From sequence record PZ445514.1: a stretch of 64,000 nt of DNA, one strand, 5' to 3'. The notes under the pieces are model-generated. The model worked only from the letters and a program-made list of their open reading frames with translations. It was not told where the DNA came from and ran no database searches. Source of the stretch: a phage. The position numbers and the translations under genes were made by a program. Shown piece by piece: positions 46,124-56,417 of the stretch; within the stretch, counting starts at the first letter, position 1, and each line of letters begins with the position of its first letter.

Positions 46124-46134
46124 AACACCTCCTC

Positions 46135-46719
46135 TTAGAGGGTAGGTCGCTCCGGGAAGAAAATGTCAGGGGCTTTAGATGTATCTATTTCAAGAAGTTT
46201 TACCCTGTACATTTTCAAATCTCTGATGTTACGTTTCTGGTCATCAGTAAGATCATATTCAAGGTCAATCATGTCTTGATAGGCACCAATTCTAGCAGTA
46301 GCCCAAGCAAGTTCTGTCTCTATGACACCCTCTGCCTGTTGAACAAAGAATTCATTGTCTGTGACAAATTCATCACCAACTAAACGCAAAGCGTCGTGGT
46401 GAAGCATAATGTTTTCTGGTACCTCTTCTTTTTTGGCGATAACCACACGAAGACCTGGAGCAGGCCATAAGGCATCAGGTTCTTCTGTAGATGTCTTAAG
46501 AATTCCCTTTTCGTCAACAAGTAGGAAGATACAACCCGGATTTTCTTGTCGTAATGTTCGTGACTGCACATACCAATCGCCATCATCATTACGTAAAAAA
46601 TACCCAGTGTATGCGGTGTAATCCTCAACCTCTTGAGGGGTCAGCTCTTTGGTTTCCTTGTTGGCGTGGTATTCGCCAGATCCCGGCTGGTAAAGTTTAA
46701 ACTCTTGAAGTATTTTCAT
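46135..46719 (-). CDS. tail fibre assembly protein, lambda Tfa-like
   Basis: 194 aa; C-terminal KMYRVKLLEIDTSKAPDIFFP resembles lambda Tfa [21 protein letters not shown] from memory; directly downstream of tail fibre B. Confidence 0.65.
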   Translation of the reverse strand: MKILQEFKLYQPGSGEYHANKETKELTPQEVEDYTAYTGYFLRNDDGDWYVQSRTLRQENPGCIFLLVDEKGILKTSTEEPDALWPAPGLRVVIAKKEEVPENIMLHHDALRLVGDEFVTDNEFFVQQAEGVIETELAWATARIGAYQDMIDLEYDLTDDQKRNIRDLKMYRVKLLEIDTSKAPDIFFPERPTL

Positions 46720-46733
46720 GCTAGTCCTCCGAT

Positions 46734-47774
46734 CTATGCATAATTAACAGTGATCCATTGACCGTTTACAAGTTTTTGTAAAGGTCCTGCCCAGTAAGTT
46801 GAACCACGCATCTCTTTTTTGTCACCGAAATGCCAGCCTGTGACAACGTAGCCGTTGCGGATTGGAGATTCAGAAACGCCGTCCACAAGTCTTGCACCGA
46901 TTCTGATGTCTTGCACACCTGTCTGCGGGATAGTGATCGTTACATCACCGTTACCGTTAGCCGTCACTCCGTTCACAGAGCGAACCACATTTCTGTTACC
47001 GACAACACAGTGCTGGCTTCTTACAACCATACTGTCACAACTTGCACCACCATTAACATATACTGACCCAGCAGTCAATTGACTAGCCACATTACAGTTG
47101 GTGAATGTTGCGGTATTGCTGATAGTAAGGTTATTACACCTCATGTTATCGACAACTTCAACATTGCCTACCACTTTCAACAGCGCACGGTTAGCTGTGA
47201 TCGCGTTAAGGTACATCAAAGTGAACTCTGGATTAATATCCGGCTGAGTTGGCTGGAATCTCCAACGAAACGCATCTATTGTAGATGTGCCACCATCATC
47301 AAACGACCCAAAATTATCACTTAACCCAAAGTCGAGAGTTGTCTTATCTGGGCCAATAGTTGTCTCTATCCAAGCCTTATCTGTCTCGGCAGCTTTAAAG
47401 TTGATACGTTGCAAACCCAATGGGCCTGTCATTGTATCACCTGTAACTTTTACATACCTGGCGTCTGCCTCTTCCTTGGTAATAATCCCAAGGTTTCTAC
47501 GGGCAACAGGAATGTTCAAAAGATCACTCAAGTTATTATCACGTACCAGATAACGGCCTTCTTGAGCGGGGATCTGCTCGTCAGCAATGTATTTTGCCCA
47601 AGTTCCGAGCATATTGAAAATATAGTTAAGTTCTTCACATGAGGGCTTTTGACCAAGATCCCAACCTTTTCTCCACAAATCATCAATCGGGCGTAGCCTG
47701 TTCTGTCTGTGGGTGTTAGGCAGAACCTGATCCTCCTCTGCCCAAATCTCTAATGGAAAACTAGGTTTTGACAT
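46734..47774 (-). CDS. tail fibre protein, paralog B
   Basis: 346 aa; AGGAGA upstream; paralog of 44676-45719. Confidence 0.65.
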   Translation of the reverse strand: MSKPSFPLEIWAEEDQVLPNTHRQNRLRPIDDLWRKGWDLGQKPSCEELNYIFNMLGTWAKYIADEQIPAQEGRYLVRDNNLSDLLNIPVARRNLGIITKEEADARYVKVTGDTMTGPLGLQRINFKAAETDKAWIETTIGPDKTTLDFGLSDNFGSFDDGGTSTIDAFRWRFQPTQPDINPEFTLMYLNAITANRALLKVVGNVEVVDNMRCNNLTISNTATFTNCNVASQLTAGSVYVNGGASCDSMVVRSQHCVVGNRNVVRSVNGVTANGNGDVTITIPQTGVQDIRIGARLVDGVSESPIRNGYVVTGWHFGDKKEMRGSTYWAGPLQKLVNGQWITVNYA

Positions 47775-47786
47775 TTTATCTCCTGA

Positions 47787-49859
47787 TTATGAGAAGTCTG
47801 GCGGGACAACATCTTCTACATACCCTTTCAGAGCAACCTGCCCCATATGAAGCACGGTAGAATCTCTAGCGGTAACAGTGATGCTGTCAGACATTACTTG
47901 CGGGTATGCCCACACATACTGTTTTACCTCAGGGTATCTATACTCTATAGTTGCCATGTTTCCGCAAATACATCTCCATAAAAATTCTTGGTAATTCCTA
48001 GTTGGGTCGTAGCCATATACCGGAGCAAGCTCTTTACTAGGAACGAACCCTGCAAGGTATTGTATTTCAGACGGTTGCCAACCTAACTTAACGATAGGTA
48101 TGTTTACAGACTCTTTTGCCTTTTCAATACCTCCCTGCATCACCCAATCGTAGCACTCGGTGCAGAAGAAATCAAGAGCACCTGCTTCCTTTTTATATTG
48201 GTCAGCAAGGTTCAGCTTTTGTGTAAGCTCAGTTTCCATAATGGTTGGGAAAAACAACAAAGCTGTCATCTGAGCTGATGCAGCGTGTGCCTTTATTGCC
48301 TTTGAAATAGCCGCAATACGAGCGCCAAGCTTACCACGACAAAATGCTACATACTTGTCGTAAACACCGCCAGTTTTAGGATCGTCAATAGTCCCAATAT
48401 CTAATGCATACTCACCTGTCTCATCATAAAACGCCTGTTTTGTAGGGTAATCATAAATACAAGGTCTACGAGTATCGGTATTGTACCACCACCACGGTTC
48501 ACCAACCTGCATAATCACTGGCAGGTTGTTTCTCATAGCGGCTGATGCAAAATTCTTAAATACTGCAGTAAGGAAATTCATACCCTCTTCAATGGTTGGA
48601 GACAGGAGGTAGCTACAAGGTGTATACCCTGTTTTAGCGTAGTTATCGTTCCAGTCTCTTTGGGTCCATTCCAACGGGCAGGCATCGCTGAAAAGCTCAA
48701 AACTTACAGATTGCATAACGTCGAAGTTATGTCGTTTGGCATTGTACATAAAATCATCATGCCATTTATAAGCTGCAGCGTTTAGCGCTCCTGTTCTGTT
48801 TATAGACCATTGGGTTCCTGACCATGTGTAGTCATAATAATGACTCATACCAACATAATGGTTTATGGTTCCGGTATAGCCCAGACGCTTGATATTGTTC
48901 AACACCCTTAAAGGAGATACGTTCCACATATCGTCATATGCGGTGCAGATCCCAACGTCGTGCTCTCTCACCTGAATATTGTTAAGTTGCATCATTTTCC
49001 AGCCTGTGTCTGGCTGAAGCAGATCTAGGCGCAACTCACACTCTACGTTTTCCGTTCTCGGGTCTGTGCTGTTACTTACCCAGTCTTTAGGCATAAGCGG
49101 TATTAAAATCCTTCTCACCTGCCGAGGATCAACACCCATCATGCTGTTGTTCTGGTCCATCCCGACGCAGTCCTCAAAATCAATATGAATTTCTGCAACA
49201 TTCTTATCCTCTGAGATGCTGACAGCATATTGAGCTAAAGGAACATAGATGATTGTGCCATCAACAAGGTCTACAGTCATAATCATCTTTTCAGGAGTGG
49301 AGAAGTTGCTGGCGTTGGTTATTGACATTCTGAACCAAAGCTTGGTATTTCTCATCTCATAATGATCATCAAACCCAATACCGAAATGATCATACTTGTC
49401 AACTGTTTCCCAAATGCACCCGGCCATACCTCCATATGTTCTTGACACTAAACGGTTAATACAACAGTTATTATCTGCAACAATACAGGTACTTTCAGTC
49501 TGCTGAGTAGTTGTAACCCAATATCTTGGGTGGAACATTCTCTCCTCAACAGTATCCCAAGATATCCTGTCAAGATTCTCATCTGAAACTATTGTACATT
49601 TCGCCCTTTGTGTTCCAATCATCACCCCTTGGGATTTTGATGAAAACTCCATAAAGAAGCTTCTTGGCAACCTATTGGGTAATTTGTCAACAATTTCCAC
49701 CGGGATCTCAATACTGGTTGCCCCAATTGGGATAGTTACATCGCCCTCAACATGATTATAATCCCTACCAGGAACGGCAGTATCCTGAACTGTTCGGTAA
49801 TGAAACTGTGCAGCCATTGTAGAGTAATCACGGTAAGGTTTAAAAACAGCTGTTGCCAT
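47787..49859 (-). CDS. putative tail/baseplate-associated protein
   Basis: 690 aa; N-terminal Calx-beta-like segment GDVTIPIGATSIEIPVEIVD; W/Y-rich; function unknown. Confidence 0.55.
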   Translation of the reverse strand: MATAVFKPYRDYSTMAAQFHYRTVQDTAVPGRDYNHVEGDVTIPIGATSIEIPVEIVDKLPNRLPRSFFMEFSSKSQGVMIGTQRAKCTIVSDENLDRISWDTVEERMFHPRYWVTTTQQTESTCIVADNNCCINRLVSRTYGGMAGCIWETVDKYDHFGIGFDDHYEMRNTKLWFRMSITNASNFSTPEKMIMTVDLVDGTIIYVPLAQYAVSISEDKNVAEIHIDFEDCVGMDQNNSMMGVDPRQVRRILIPLMPKDWVSNSTDPRTENVECELRLDLLQPDTGWKMMQLNNIQVREHDVGICTAYDDMWNVSPLRVLNNIKRLGYTGTINHYVGMSHYYDYTWSGTQWSINRTGALNAAAYKWHDDFMYNAKRHNFDVMQSVSFELFSDACPLEWTQRDWNDNYAKTGYTPCSYLLSPTIEEGMNFLTAVFKNFASAAMRNNLPVIMQVGEPWWWYNTDTRRPCIYDYPTKQAFYDETGEYALDIGTIDDPKTGGVYDKYVAFCRGKLGARIAAISKAIKAHAASAQMTALLFFPTIMETELTQKLNLADQYKKEAGALDFFCTECYDWVMQGGIEKAKESVNIPIVKLGWQPSEIQYLAGFVPSKELAPVYGYDPTRNYQEFLWRCICGNMATIEYRYPEVKQYVWAYPQVMSDSITVTARDSTVLHMGQVALKGYVEDVVPPDFS

Positions 49860-50545
49860 TAACCCTCCTGTCTAGTTGCGTTTACTGTAATACTTTCACA
49901 ATAAATGGTTGTGGTGTCCCAATCAGGTCTTACGTCAGGAACATACAGCAAAGTAGCCAGCCCACCAACTCCGAATTGGTTTTCTTCCCACACTGATCCG
50001 AAGCCAAGAGCTGTAGAGTCCCCTTCAAAACCAAAAGCTTGCCCTTGCGATTCTGTAAGACGCAAATGACAAGGCAATGGTAGCATATCTAAGATCTGAT
50101 CGATAGACTGCAATATGTCAAAGCAAGTTTTTCTAATATTTATGTCAAACCGGAAGTTGTCTCCTTTCCACGTATCGAAATTGTCTCTTCCGAACAATTG
50201 TCGCAAGGTGGAGATGACATCTTCGCGAGTCCCGCCCCTTGATGCTGCGGCCTGCTGAATAATTAGTGTGGCACGAAAATCAGCATCTGAAAGTCCATTC
50301 CTAAGAATACCAAGTTGATTACCAACTTCGTCAAGGTATCTTCCGCTGGCATTGTTAAGCAACCTTCCTTCAGCCAAACCTACCAGCATCTTATCAACAT
50401 CCTCCAACCTTTTAAGGTATACGGTTAAGAATGTGACTAAATTAACCTTCTCAGCCAGAAAATCTCCAGGCAGGTAGTCAAGACCTCCCTGAACAAAATC
50501 TGGCAGAGTGTGGATGTGGTTAACATCCGACTTAATCTCTGCCAT
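49859..50545 (-). CDS. putative tail/baseplate protein
   Basis: 228-aa ORF in tail operon; assignment by position only. Confidence 0.5.
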   Translation of the reverse strand: MAEIKSDVNHIHTLPDFVQGGLDYLPGDFLAEKVNLVTFLTVYLKRLEDVDKMLVGLAEGRLLNNASGRYLDEVGNQLGILRNGLSDADFRATLIIQQAAASRGGTREDVISTLRQLFGRDNFDTWKGDNFRFDINIRKTCFDILQSIDQILDMLPLPCHLRLTESQGQAFGFEGDSTALGFGSVWEENQFGVGGLATLLYVPDVRPDWDTTTIYCESITVNATRQEG

Positions 50546-50556
50546 ATCTCGCCGCC

Positions 50557-52047
50557 TTAAATAGTTTGTTGGAAAGTTATATTACTTTCGTCGAGGTCAA
50601 ACACCTCGGTCATGTTCGCAACAATATCGTTTGTAGTGTAAGCTTCATCAGAAGCCCCTACTGGTTTAACTTGAATTACCAGCCTATTAAATCTGCCTAT
50701 TGACACAGCAGCAGATGCAGCACCGACCAATTGTATATTATACAACGTATCTGCAACATCCAGTCCGTTAACAACCTGCAAAAGAGCCTCTATAATGGCA
50801 TCTTTTTCGGTTGTGGAAAGCGCAGCACCGGAGTAGGTAATTCTTACATCTAGGCGGTAGGTATTTGCCTTGGAGTAATAAATTCTTTCAGTTTGACCGT
50901 CAGATGTAGTGACATCGTAGAAAATATTACCATAAGTCCTGTTCGTACAGGCTATAGTTTGGTAAAGTGCTTGGCAAATGTCCTCCGTTGCACCACCAAA
51001 CACAACCACTTGGAACTTGTAAGGAGGTATACCTTTAGCATCAGTTTTATCAGTGTTGTTGGAAAACACTCTCACTTTCTCAACACCTTTCACCTCGCTT
51101 ACAGCGCTAAGGATTGCAGGACGGGTAGCCTTCGATGTTAACTGTTTTGTGCTGGAAGCTCTTAAGCGATACTCTGAGTCTTTCTCAACATCCCTGCCCT
51201 CATTGAATCTTTCTCGGTTGGTAAGCTTGATAAATCCGCTGGGAGTAGGTGACATTGTTGTCACGGTTTCTGCCTCTCTTGACAGCTCACCAGCCTCGTT
51301 AGCGATAACATCCAGTGTGATAGTTCTTTCCCCTACAATCGGGGATACTCTGAAATCTACCCTGCTGTTAAGTCCAACTTGATCAAGATTCGAATTGTAC
51401 CCTATCCACAACGTTCCTGTCAACATATCGATCTGAATCAAATCGTCGTTCAACAGGGTTGTATTATCGACAATGAATTGCTTAATCTCTCCGTAAAAGC
51501 TTGGCAAATCAGAAGAGTCCAGAGACTTATCTGTTAAAACCAGGCTTTTTGTTTTGATACTTCCATCTGTCTGGTTGGTAATTTGAAAGTTGTATTTACC
51601 AATCCTTAGGTCTGGAGCATTTATTCTGTGAGCAATAAGATTCCCTGCTACTTGCACATCGTTGCTAAGAACAAAGTTGCCACTGTCCAGCGTATAAGTT
51701 TTGGAATCATAAATCATATTGTACGGCACAGTTGTGTTGATTGTCAACTGGCAGGTACCTGATGATTTAGAACGGCCTCTTCGGTAAATACCCTGTCTTC
51801 CAAGAAGCTCATCCAGGTAAATACCTTCTGCCCCATACAGCGTCTGTGATGCGTATACAGATGCTGCCATAAGAATAAGTTGATACTCTCGCTCGTTGAA
51901 GATAGTGGTAAGCTTATCTGCAACGGAGTTACTCTGTACGTTGAAGTTTTCGCCAAAAGCACGGATCAGGCTTTGCTTAGTTTCAACGATTAGGTCATTT
52001 AGGGTTGGTATAACGAAACCAGCCTCTGTCAATCCATACTTAGCCAC
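50557..52047 (-). CDS. putative tail protein, possibly baseplate-J-like
   Basis: 496 aa; GTG start after GGAGGAG; N-terminal region loosely resembles Baseplate_J proteins. Confidence 0.5.
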   Translation of the reverse strand: MAKYGLTEAGFVIPTLNDLIVETKQSLIRAFGENFNVQSNSVADKLTTIFNEREYQLILMAASVYASQTLYGAEGIYLDELLGRQGIYRRGRSKSSGTCQLTINTTVPYNMIYDSKTYTLDSGNFVLSNDVQVAGNLIAHRINAPDLRIGKYNFQITNQTDGSIKTKSLVLTDKSLDSSDLPSFYGEIKQFIVDNTTLLNDDLIQIDMLTGTLWIGYNSNLDQVGLNSRVDFRVSPIVGERTITLDVIANEAGELSREAETVTTMSPTPSGFIKLTNRERFNEGRDVEKDSEYRLRASSTKQLTSKATRPAILSAVSEVKGVEKVRVFSNNTDKTDAKGIPPYKFQVVVFGGATEDICQALYQTIACTNRTYGNIFYDVTTSDGQTERIYYSKANTYRLDVRITYSGAALSTTEKDAIIEALLQVVNGLDVADTLYNIQLVGAASAAVSIGRFNRLVIQVKPVGASDEAYTTNDIVANMTEVFDLDESNITFQQTI

Positions 52048-52117
52048 GTCACTCCTCCGGTATGAAAATCTCTACAAGGTATTTTACCAAATTTTGTAAC
52101 AATAGTCAATCTGAGCA

Positions 52118-52144
52118 TAAAAATAAACCCCGCCGAAGCGGGGC
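52118..52144 (-). terminator. rho-independent terminator
   Basis: Minus strand GCCCCGC-TTCG-GCGGGG followed by TTTATTTTTAT; downstream of J-like gene. Confidence 0.6.
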
Positions 52145-52152
52145 TTTAAAGG

Positions 52153-55100
52153 TTAGTCGTGAGACTCGTTCCAAGGTCCTTGGAAACTAGAGTTAGAACG
52201 GCTTACCACAACAGTAGGACAGGATATTGCAACCCCTGTTACAGAAGACGTTGACCATGGTGTGTAGATTTCAACAACAATATCTATGGTTTGTTCACCA
52301 AGACCTGTTATCCCTACCGCACACATGCCGTTGTTGTCGTTTCCGTACTTCTTACCTGCAAGGATTTGATGTCCGGCTATCCAAACGTTAAGCTGGGAGC
52401 CAGACAAGGTTCCGTTTAGTTTAAAGAAGAATGTTACGTTCTTACCTTGTCCTGAAACGTTGTCCACATATCTCCACCTCCAACGGCAAACCCTCTGCTG
52501 CGAGTTATATACTGGAGGACAGTCACCGTAGGTTCTGTGTGCAACTATTGCACCTTCGAACTGGTTAGCACGGATAACAGAAGCTTCTACACGACCACGG
52601 AAGGTACCTCCGGTTGCATCTATGGTGCCTCTAAAGCTACCATTATTGGCATAAACATCCCCACGGAAGGTACCACTAGTGGCGTTAACTGCCCCTGTGA
52701 AGTTACCAGAACTGGCGTTGATGTTGCCTTTCACCCACACATCCATAAATTGGGCGTGCCCGTTCTTGTTAATATACCAACCGTATTTATGGTACCCGTT
52801 GCCATCGTAGTTGTTTGACGAAATTTCTTGTGCAATCTTGGCAGAGGAGATCGTGCCATTCTCTATAAAAGCGTCTTTCAAGAACGCTTGGTTGTTCTTG
52901 ATTGCGAAAGCAAGGGTTGCTGTTCCATTTCCAGGGTTGTATACCGCAAAATTATTTGCACTAACCATGAAGTAGGATTGAACTTGGCCCCCAGACCCTT
53001 CCATCCCCAGCTGGATACCTGCAACATATTTATTCCCTGCGGAGTCTACCTGTATTTTTGTGCCCCACTGAGCGTTTACTTTACCCTCTAAGTCGGTTAC
53101 AGCCTTAGATGTTGTAGCTACTGCAGCCCTGATCTCAGACACATCCCCAACATCGTCAATGATCTCCTGCTTAGCAACAGCAAGTTCTTGACGAATAGCT
53201 GACGCTGTGCCGTTGATAAGGTCCACAGTGGCTTTGTTGGTATCGGAAATTGTAGCATCCAGCGCTGTTTTTGTGGAGGTCAGTTTTCCATCCAAAGCAT
53301 CAATCGCTTGCTTGTTGGTAGAAATCTCCCCACGTGCAGAAGTTATCTGCTCTGACAGTGCAGATGTTTTCTGATTCAGCAAGTCAGTTGTGGCCTTGTT
53401 GGTATTGGCAATCAAGGTGTTGAGGTCAGTTTTTGCGGTAGTTATCTTGCCGTCAAGGGTGGTATAGTTTTTAGATACCGTCGCGTTTGTCTGACTAATC
53501 TTTTGATCCAGAGTTTCAGATGTCCTGTTCAAAAGATCTACAGTGGCTTGGTTAGTGCTCAAGATGCTTGCGTCAAGTTCTGTTCTCTGAGTATTGATCT
53601 TACCATCCAGAGTTTTATCTCCGGCTAAATACCCGCTCTCAACTCCCTCTATCTGCTCTACCAGCTCACCTTTGGCGGCAACCAATTTCTCATCTAAAGC
53701 CTCTGTCTTTTTGTTCAGAAGATCAGTAGTTGCTTTATTGGTTGTCTCAATCAGGGATGCCAATCTTCCACTTTCAGTGTTCAGATCGTTGGTGAACTTG
53801 TTCTGTGCAGCAACAAGTTTCCTATCCAGCGCTGTGATATTGCCATTGACATCCTCAAACTTCTGAGTTGTCTCTGTAACTACCGCACCTATTCTGTCTC
53901 CAAGTTGCTGGAATGCCTCATCTACCCTACCATCCATGTACCTGTTAAGTTCTGTGACCCTATTTTCAACCTCTTCAATAGATGAATCTAAAGTGCTCAT
54001 CAACTCTTTATAAGTTTCTGTCTTTTTAAATTCAGCATCTATCTGAGGCATCAAATCCTCAATAGAGGTGTAGCAGCGTGCAGCGCATTCTACAAACTGA
54101 GAACTACCAAAAGCGTTTGTGGTTCGAATATACCAATAATAAACCTTATCGTTCTGCAGACCTTCAGATGTCCAAGTTGAACCAACACCCATACGGGTGG
54201 CGTTTGAAGTAACGGTTGCATCACTGGTGTCGGGCAACCTTGTCATACCGGATGTCCAAAAGTCATACTGGGTGCTAACACTTGCTAAATCCCTACTATG
54301 CGGAATCAAGGTGATAGCAAAGTATCCTTGCTTAACCTCTACAGAAACCGGAGCTTCAGGTGCCTGAATGTTAAACTCACAATACGCTTCTGGAGATACA
54401 CCACCTTTATAAGATGTTGCAACCACGGTTGCTGTGTATGACCCTTTTGTCAAACCTTCTACTCTGACAAACTGCTCAACTGTCTGTGCTGTCCAAACAA
54501 TCTCTCCGTTCTTTCTTACCTGCACAATATTTTGAGCGTAAGTCCCAACGTTGTCCCAGGCCAAAACACCGTGAGTTACTTCCCCAGCTTGGAGAACGGA
54601 GTATCTGAAGTTTTGCGGCTGAGCCACACCGGACGGGGATATCGGAATATCTACATCGCCGGAATCCGGAAGTTGCCCTGTGGCATCATTCCACTCTTTA
54701 GCATCTTGACGAAGTTTTACCTTGACACCGCCCTTTTTGGTGAACTCCCATTCAAGAACCCTCATTTCTTGGCCCACTATACCAATACTTGGGAGGTCCA
54801 TTGTAACATAACGGCCAGGCTTAAATTTAAAACCTCGCATATTGCAGGTGACTTCAATAATCCTGCCAGCTCTAGCACGTCTTAAGAAGATTGCAGAAAC
54901 ACGTTGAGCTTGATAAGGGCTGGTAACAAAGCGATAGTCTATATCGATTATCTTTCTTTCTCCATCCTTCTCTATCCACTCTGGGACAAACACTGATGGA
55001 AAATCTGTTTCAGAATACCCTTTGGTCGGGCTAGTGAATCTGCCAGTTATTGTGTTGGATCTTTTGTCAAATGAGGCTTCCGGATAGATCTTAACCTCAC

Positions 55101-55992
55101 CGCAGACACAGTCCTCACTCAGTGTCATCGTTGCCGGACCATAGTATGCACCAACCAGCAAACCATACTTACCAGCAACATAACTAAGATCTGCACCGCA
55201 AGCTTTCAGCATTTCTGCCATAATACTTGCTGGGGCCTCATCCATGTCAAACTCACCGTTAATGGTGTAACGTCGCTCACTGGTCCCGTCAGCGTTTTTT
55301 ACCGCCTCGTCGCATATGTTGGCAGCCTCCTTGAAGGACTCCCAGTTGATGGTTTCGTCAGGACATTTAAGGTACGTTCTTAAATAGTCCAGGATCACCA
55401 AGGCTGCGTTATTGGTGTATACCTCTTTACTGATACGAGGATCATAGCATTTTTTACCAACCTTAACGAGTGTAACGTTTGGCAACCCAAAAGGAAACTT
55501 GTTAGGGTCAAACTTGAAACTGGCACGTAGCCAACTGATCCCTCTACCTATCATGTCGGGTGACCATGATGGGCAGTGTGTACCCATGAAAGGATCAGAT
55601 GTTTTTCTGTCGTTATGTAGCTCCCACGATACCAGATCTCCATACGAGGAAATAGGATTACCGTCGATGAGTATGTCTTCTATACCTTCCAGAGGATGAT
55701 TAGCAAGAACAATAGCACAATGGAGGGTTCTGTCGCTATCCTGCTCCAAAAACGCAAGCAATCCGGATGTGCGTGTCTTCCCATACACTACAGAGCAGGG
55801 TGCAGCAGAAGATCTGAGAAGCTTTTGTCTATCTTGCTGACTTCTGTAAGATTTGTTGCCCTCAAAAATCTTATCCAGAGTTCTGGTGGTAACAGTGTTC
55901 AGGCTGTCAGCCAGAGCTGCCTTGGATGCGTTCCAGTCATAACTTGAAGATCTTGCAGAAGCAACGATGTTATCAATCATTGCAATTGGCAT
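52153..55992 (-). CDS. tail tip / host-specificity protein, lambda gpJ-like
   Basis: 1279 aa; J-like N-terminal domain, FN3-like segment YYWYIRTTNAFGSS, four coiled-coil repeats containing ATTDLLN, C-terminal Gly-rich domain. Confidence 0.75.
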   Translation of the reverse strand: MPIAMIDNIVASARSSSYDWNASKAALADSLNTVTTRTLDKIFEGNKSYRSQQDRQKLLRSSAAPCSVVYGKTRTSGLLAFLEQDSDRTLHCAIVLANHPLEGIEDILIDGNPISSYGDLVSWELHNDRKTSDPFMGTHCPSWSPDMIGRGISWLRASFKFDPNKFPFGLPNVTLVKVGKKCYDPRISKEVYTNNAALVILDYLRTYLKCPDETINWESFKEAANICDEAVKNADGTSERRYTINGEFDMDEAPASIMAEMLKACGADLSYVAGKYGLLVGAYYGPATMTLSEDCVCGEVKIYPEASFDKRSNTITGRFTSPTKGYSETDFPSVFVPEWIEKDGERKIIDIDYRFVTSPYQAQRVSAIFLRRARAGRIIEVTCNMRGFKFKPGRYVTMDLPSIGIVGQEMRVLEWEFTKKGGVKVKLRQDAKEWNDATGQLPDSGDVDIPISPSGVAQPQNFRYSVLQAGEVTHGVLAWDNVGTYAQNIVQVRKNGEIVWTAQTVEQFVRVEGLTKGSYTATVVATSYKGGVSPEAYCEFNIQAPEAPVSVEVKQGYFAITLIPHSRDLASVSTQYDFWTSGMTRLPDTSDATVTSNATRMGVGSTWTSEGLQNDKVYYWYIRTTNAFGSSQFVECAARCYTSIEDLMPQIDAEFKKTETYKELMSTLDSSIEEVENRVTELNRYMDGRVDEAFQQLGDRIGAVVTETTQKFEDVNGNITALDRKLVAAQNKFTNDLNTESGRLASLIETTNKATTDLLNKKTEALDEKLVAAKGELVEQIEGVESGYLAGDKTLDGKINTQRTELDASILSTNQATVDLLNRTSETLDQKISQTNATVSKNYTTLDGKITTAKTDLNTLIANTNKATTDLLNQKTSALSEQITSARGEISTNKQAIDALDGKLTSTKTALDATISDTNKATVDLINGTASAIRQELAVAKQEIIDDVGDVSEIRAAVATTSKAVTDLEGKVNAQWGTKIQVDSAGNKYVAGIQLGMEGSGGQVQSYFMVSANNFAVYNPGNGTATLAFAIKNNQAFLKDAFIENGTISSAKIAQEISSNNYDGNGYHKYGWYINKNGHAQFMDVWVKGNINASSGNFTGAVNATSGTFRGDVYANNGSFRGTIDATGGTFRGRVEASVIRANQFEGAIVAHRTYGDCPPVYNSQQRVCRWRWRYVDNVSGQGKNVTFFFKLNGTLSGSQLNVWIAGHQILAGKKYGNDNNGMCAVGITGLGEQTIDIVVEIYTPWSTSSVTGVAISCPTVVVSRSNSSFQGPWNESHD

Positions 55993-56417
55993 TAATACCT
56001 CCAGACATCAACAACGATAGAATCTTTCATGTCGAACATAAAGACCCCTTTATCACCTTTCGCCCAAATCTGGTTGTTCCAGAACACACCAGCGGTGAGC
56101 CCGTTCAGACCCTCGAAGATAACAATATCGCCACGCTGAACCTGTTTAGGAGTATCTAGTCGAGTCATAAAGAGATCAAAAATAGTAGGCAGGTGTGTGG
56201 TTTTGAAACGGAGCATGCACCATCTTTTGCTTTCCAACTCTGTTTTATACGTTCCTTCGAAGTTAGAAAGAAAATCTGTTCCGTATTGGGCATCAACACA
56301 CTTAGCTGCAAAGGTGCAGCAATCGTGGAATCCCCATTCAAAAGGTATGGTGGCCTCTTCGTCAAACACTTTCCACAATCTTTCTTGCCAATCCACTAAA
56401 CGAGGGTGTGTGCTCAT
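55992..56417 (-). CDS. putative tail-associated NlpC/P60-like protein (gpK-like position)
   Basis: 141 aa; possible catalytic Cys context FHDCCTF; directly upstream of J-like gene. Confidence 0.5.
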   Translation of the reverse strand: MSTHPRLVDWQERLWKVFDEEATIPFEWGFHDCCTFAAKCVDAQYGTDFLSNFEGTYKTELESKRWCMLRFKTTHLPTIFDLFMTRLDTPKQVQRGDIVIFEGLNGLTAGVFWNNQIWAKGDKGVFMFDMKDSIVVDVWRY

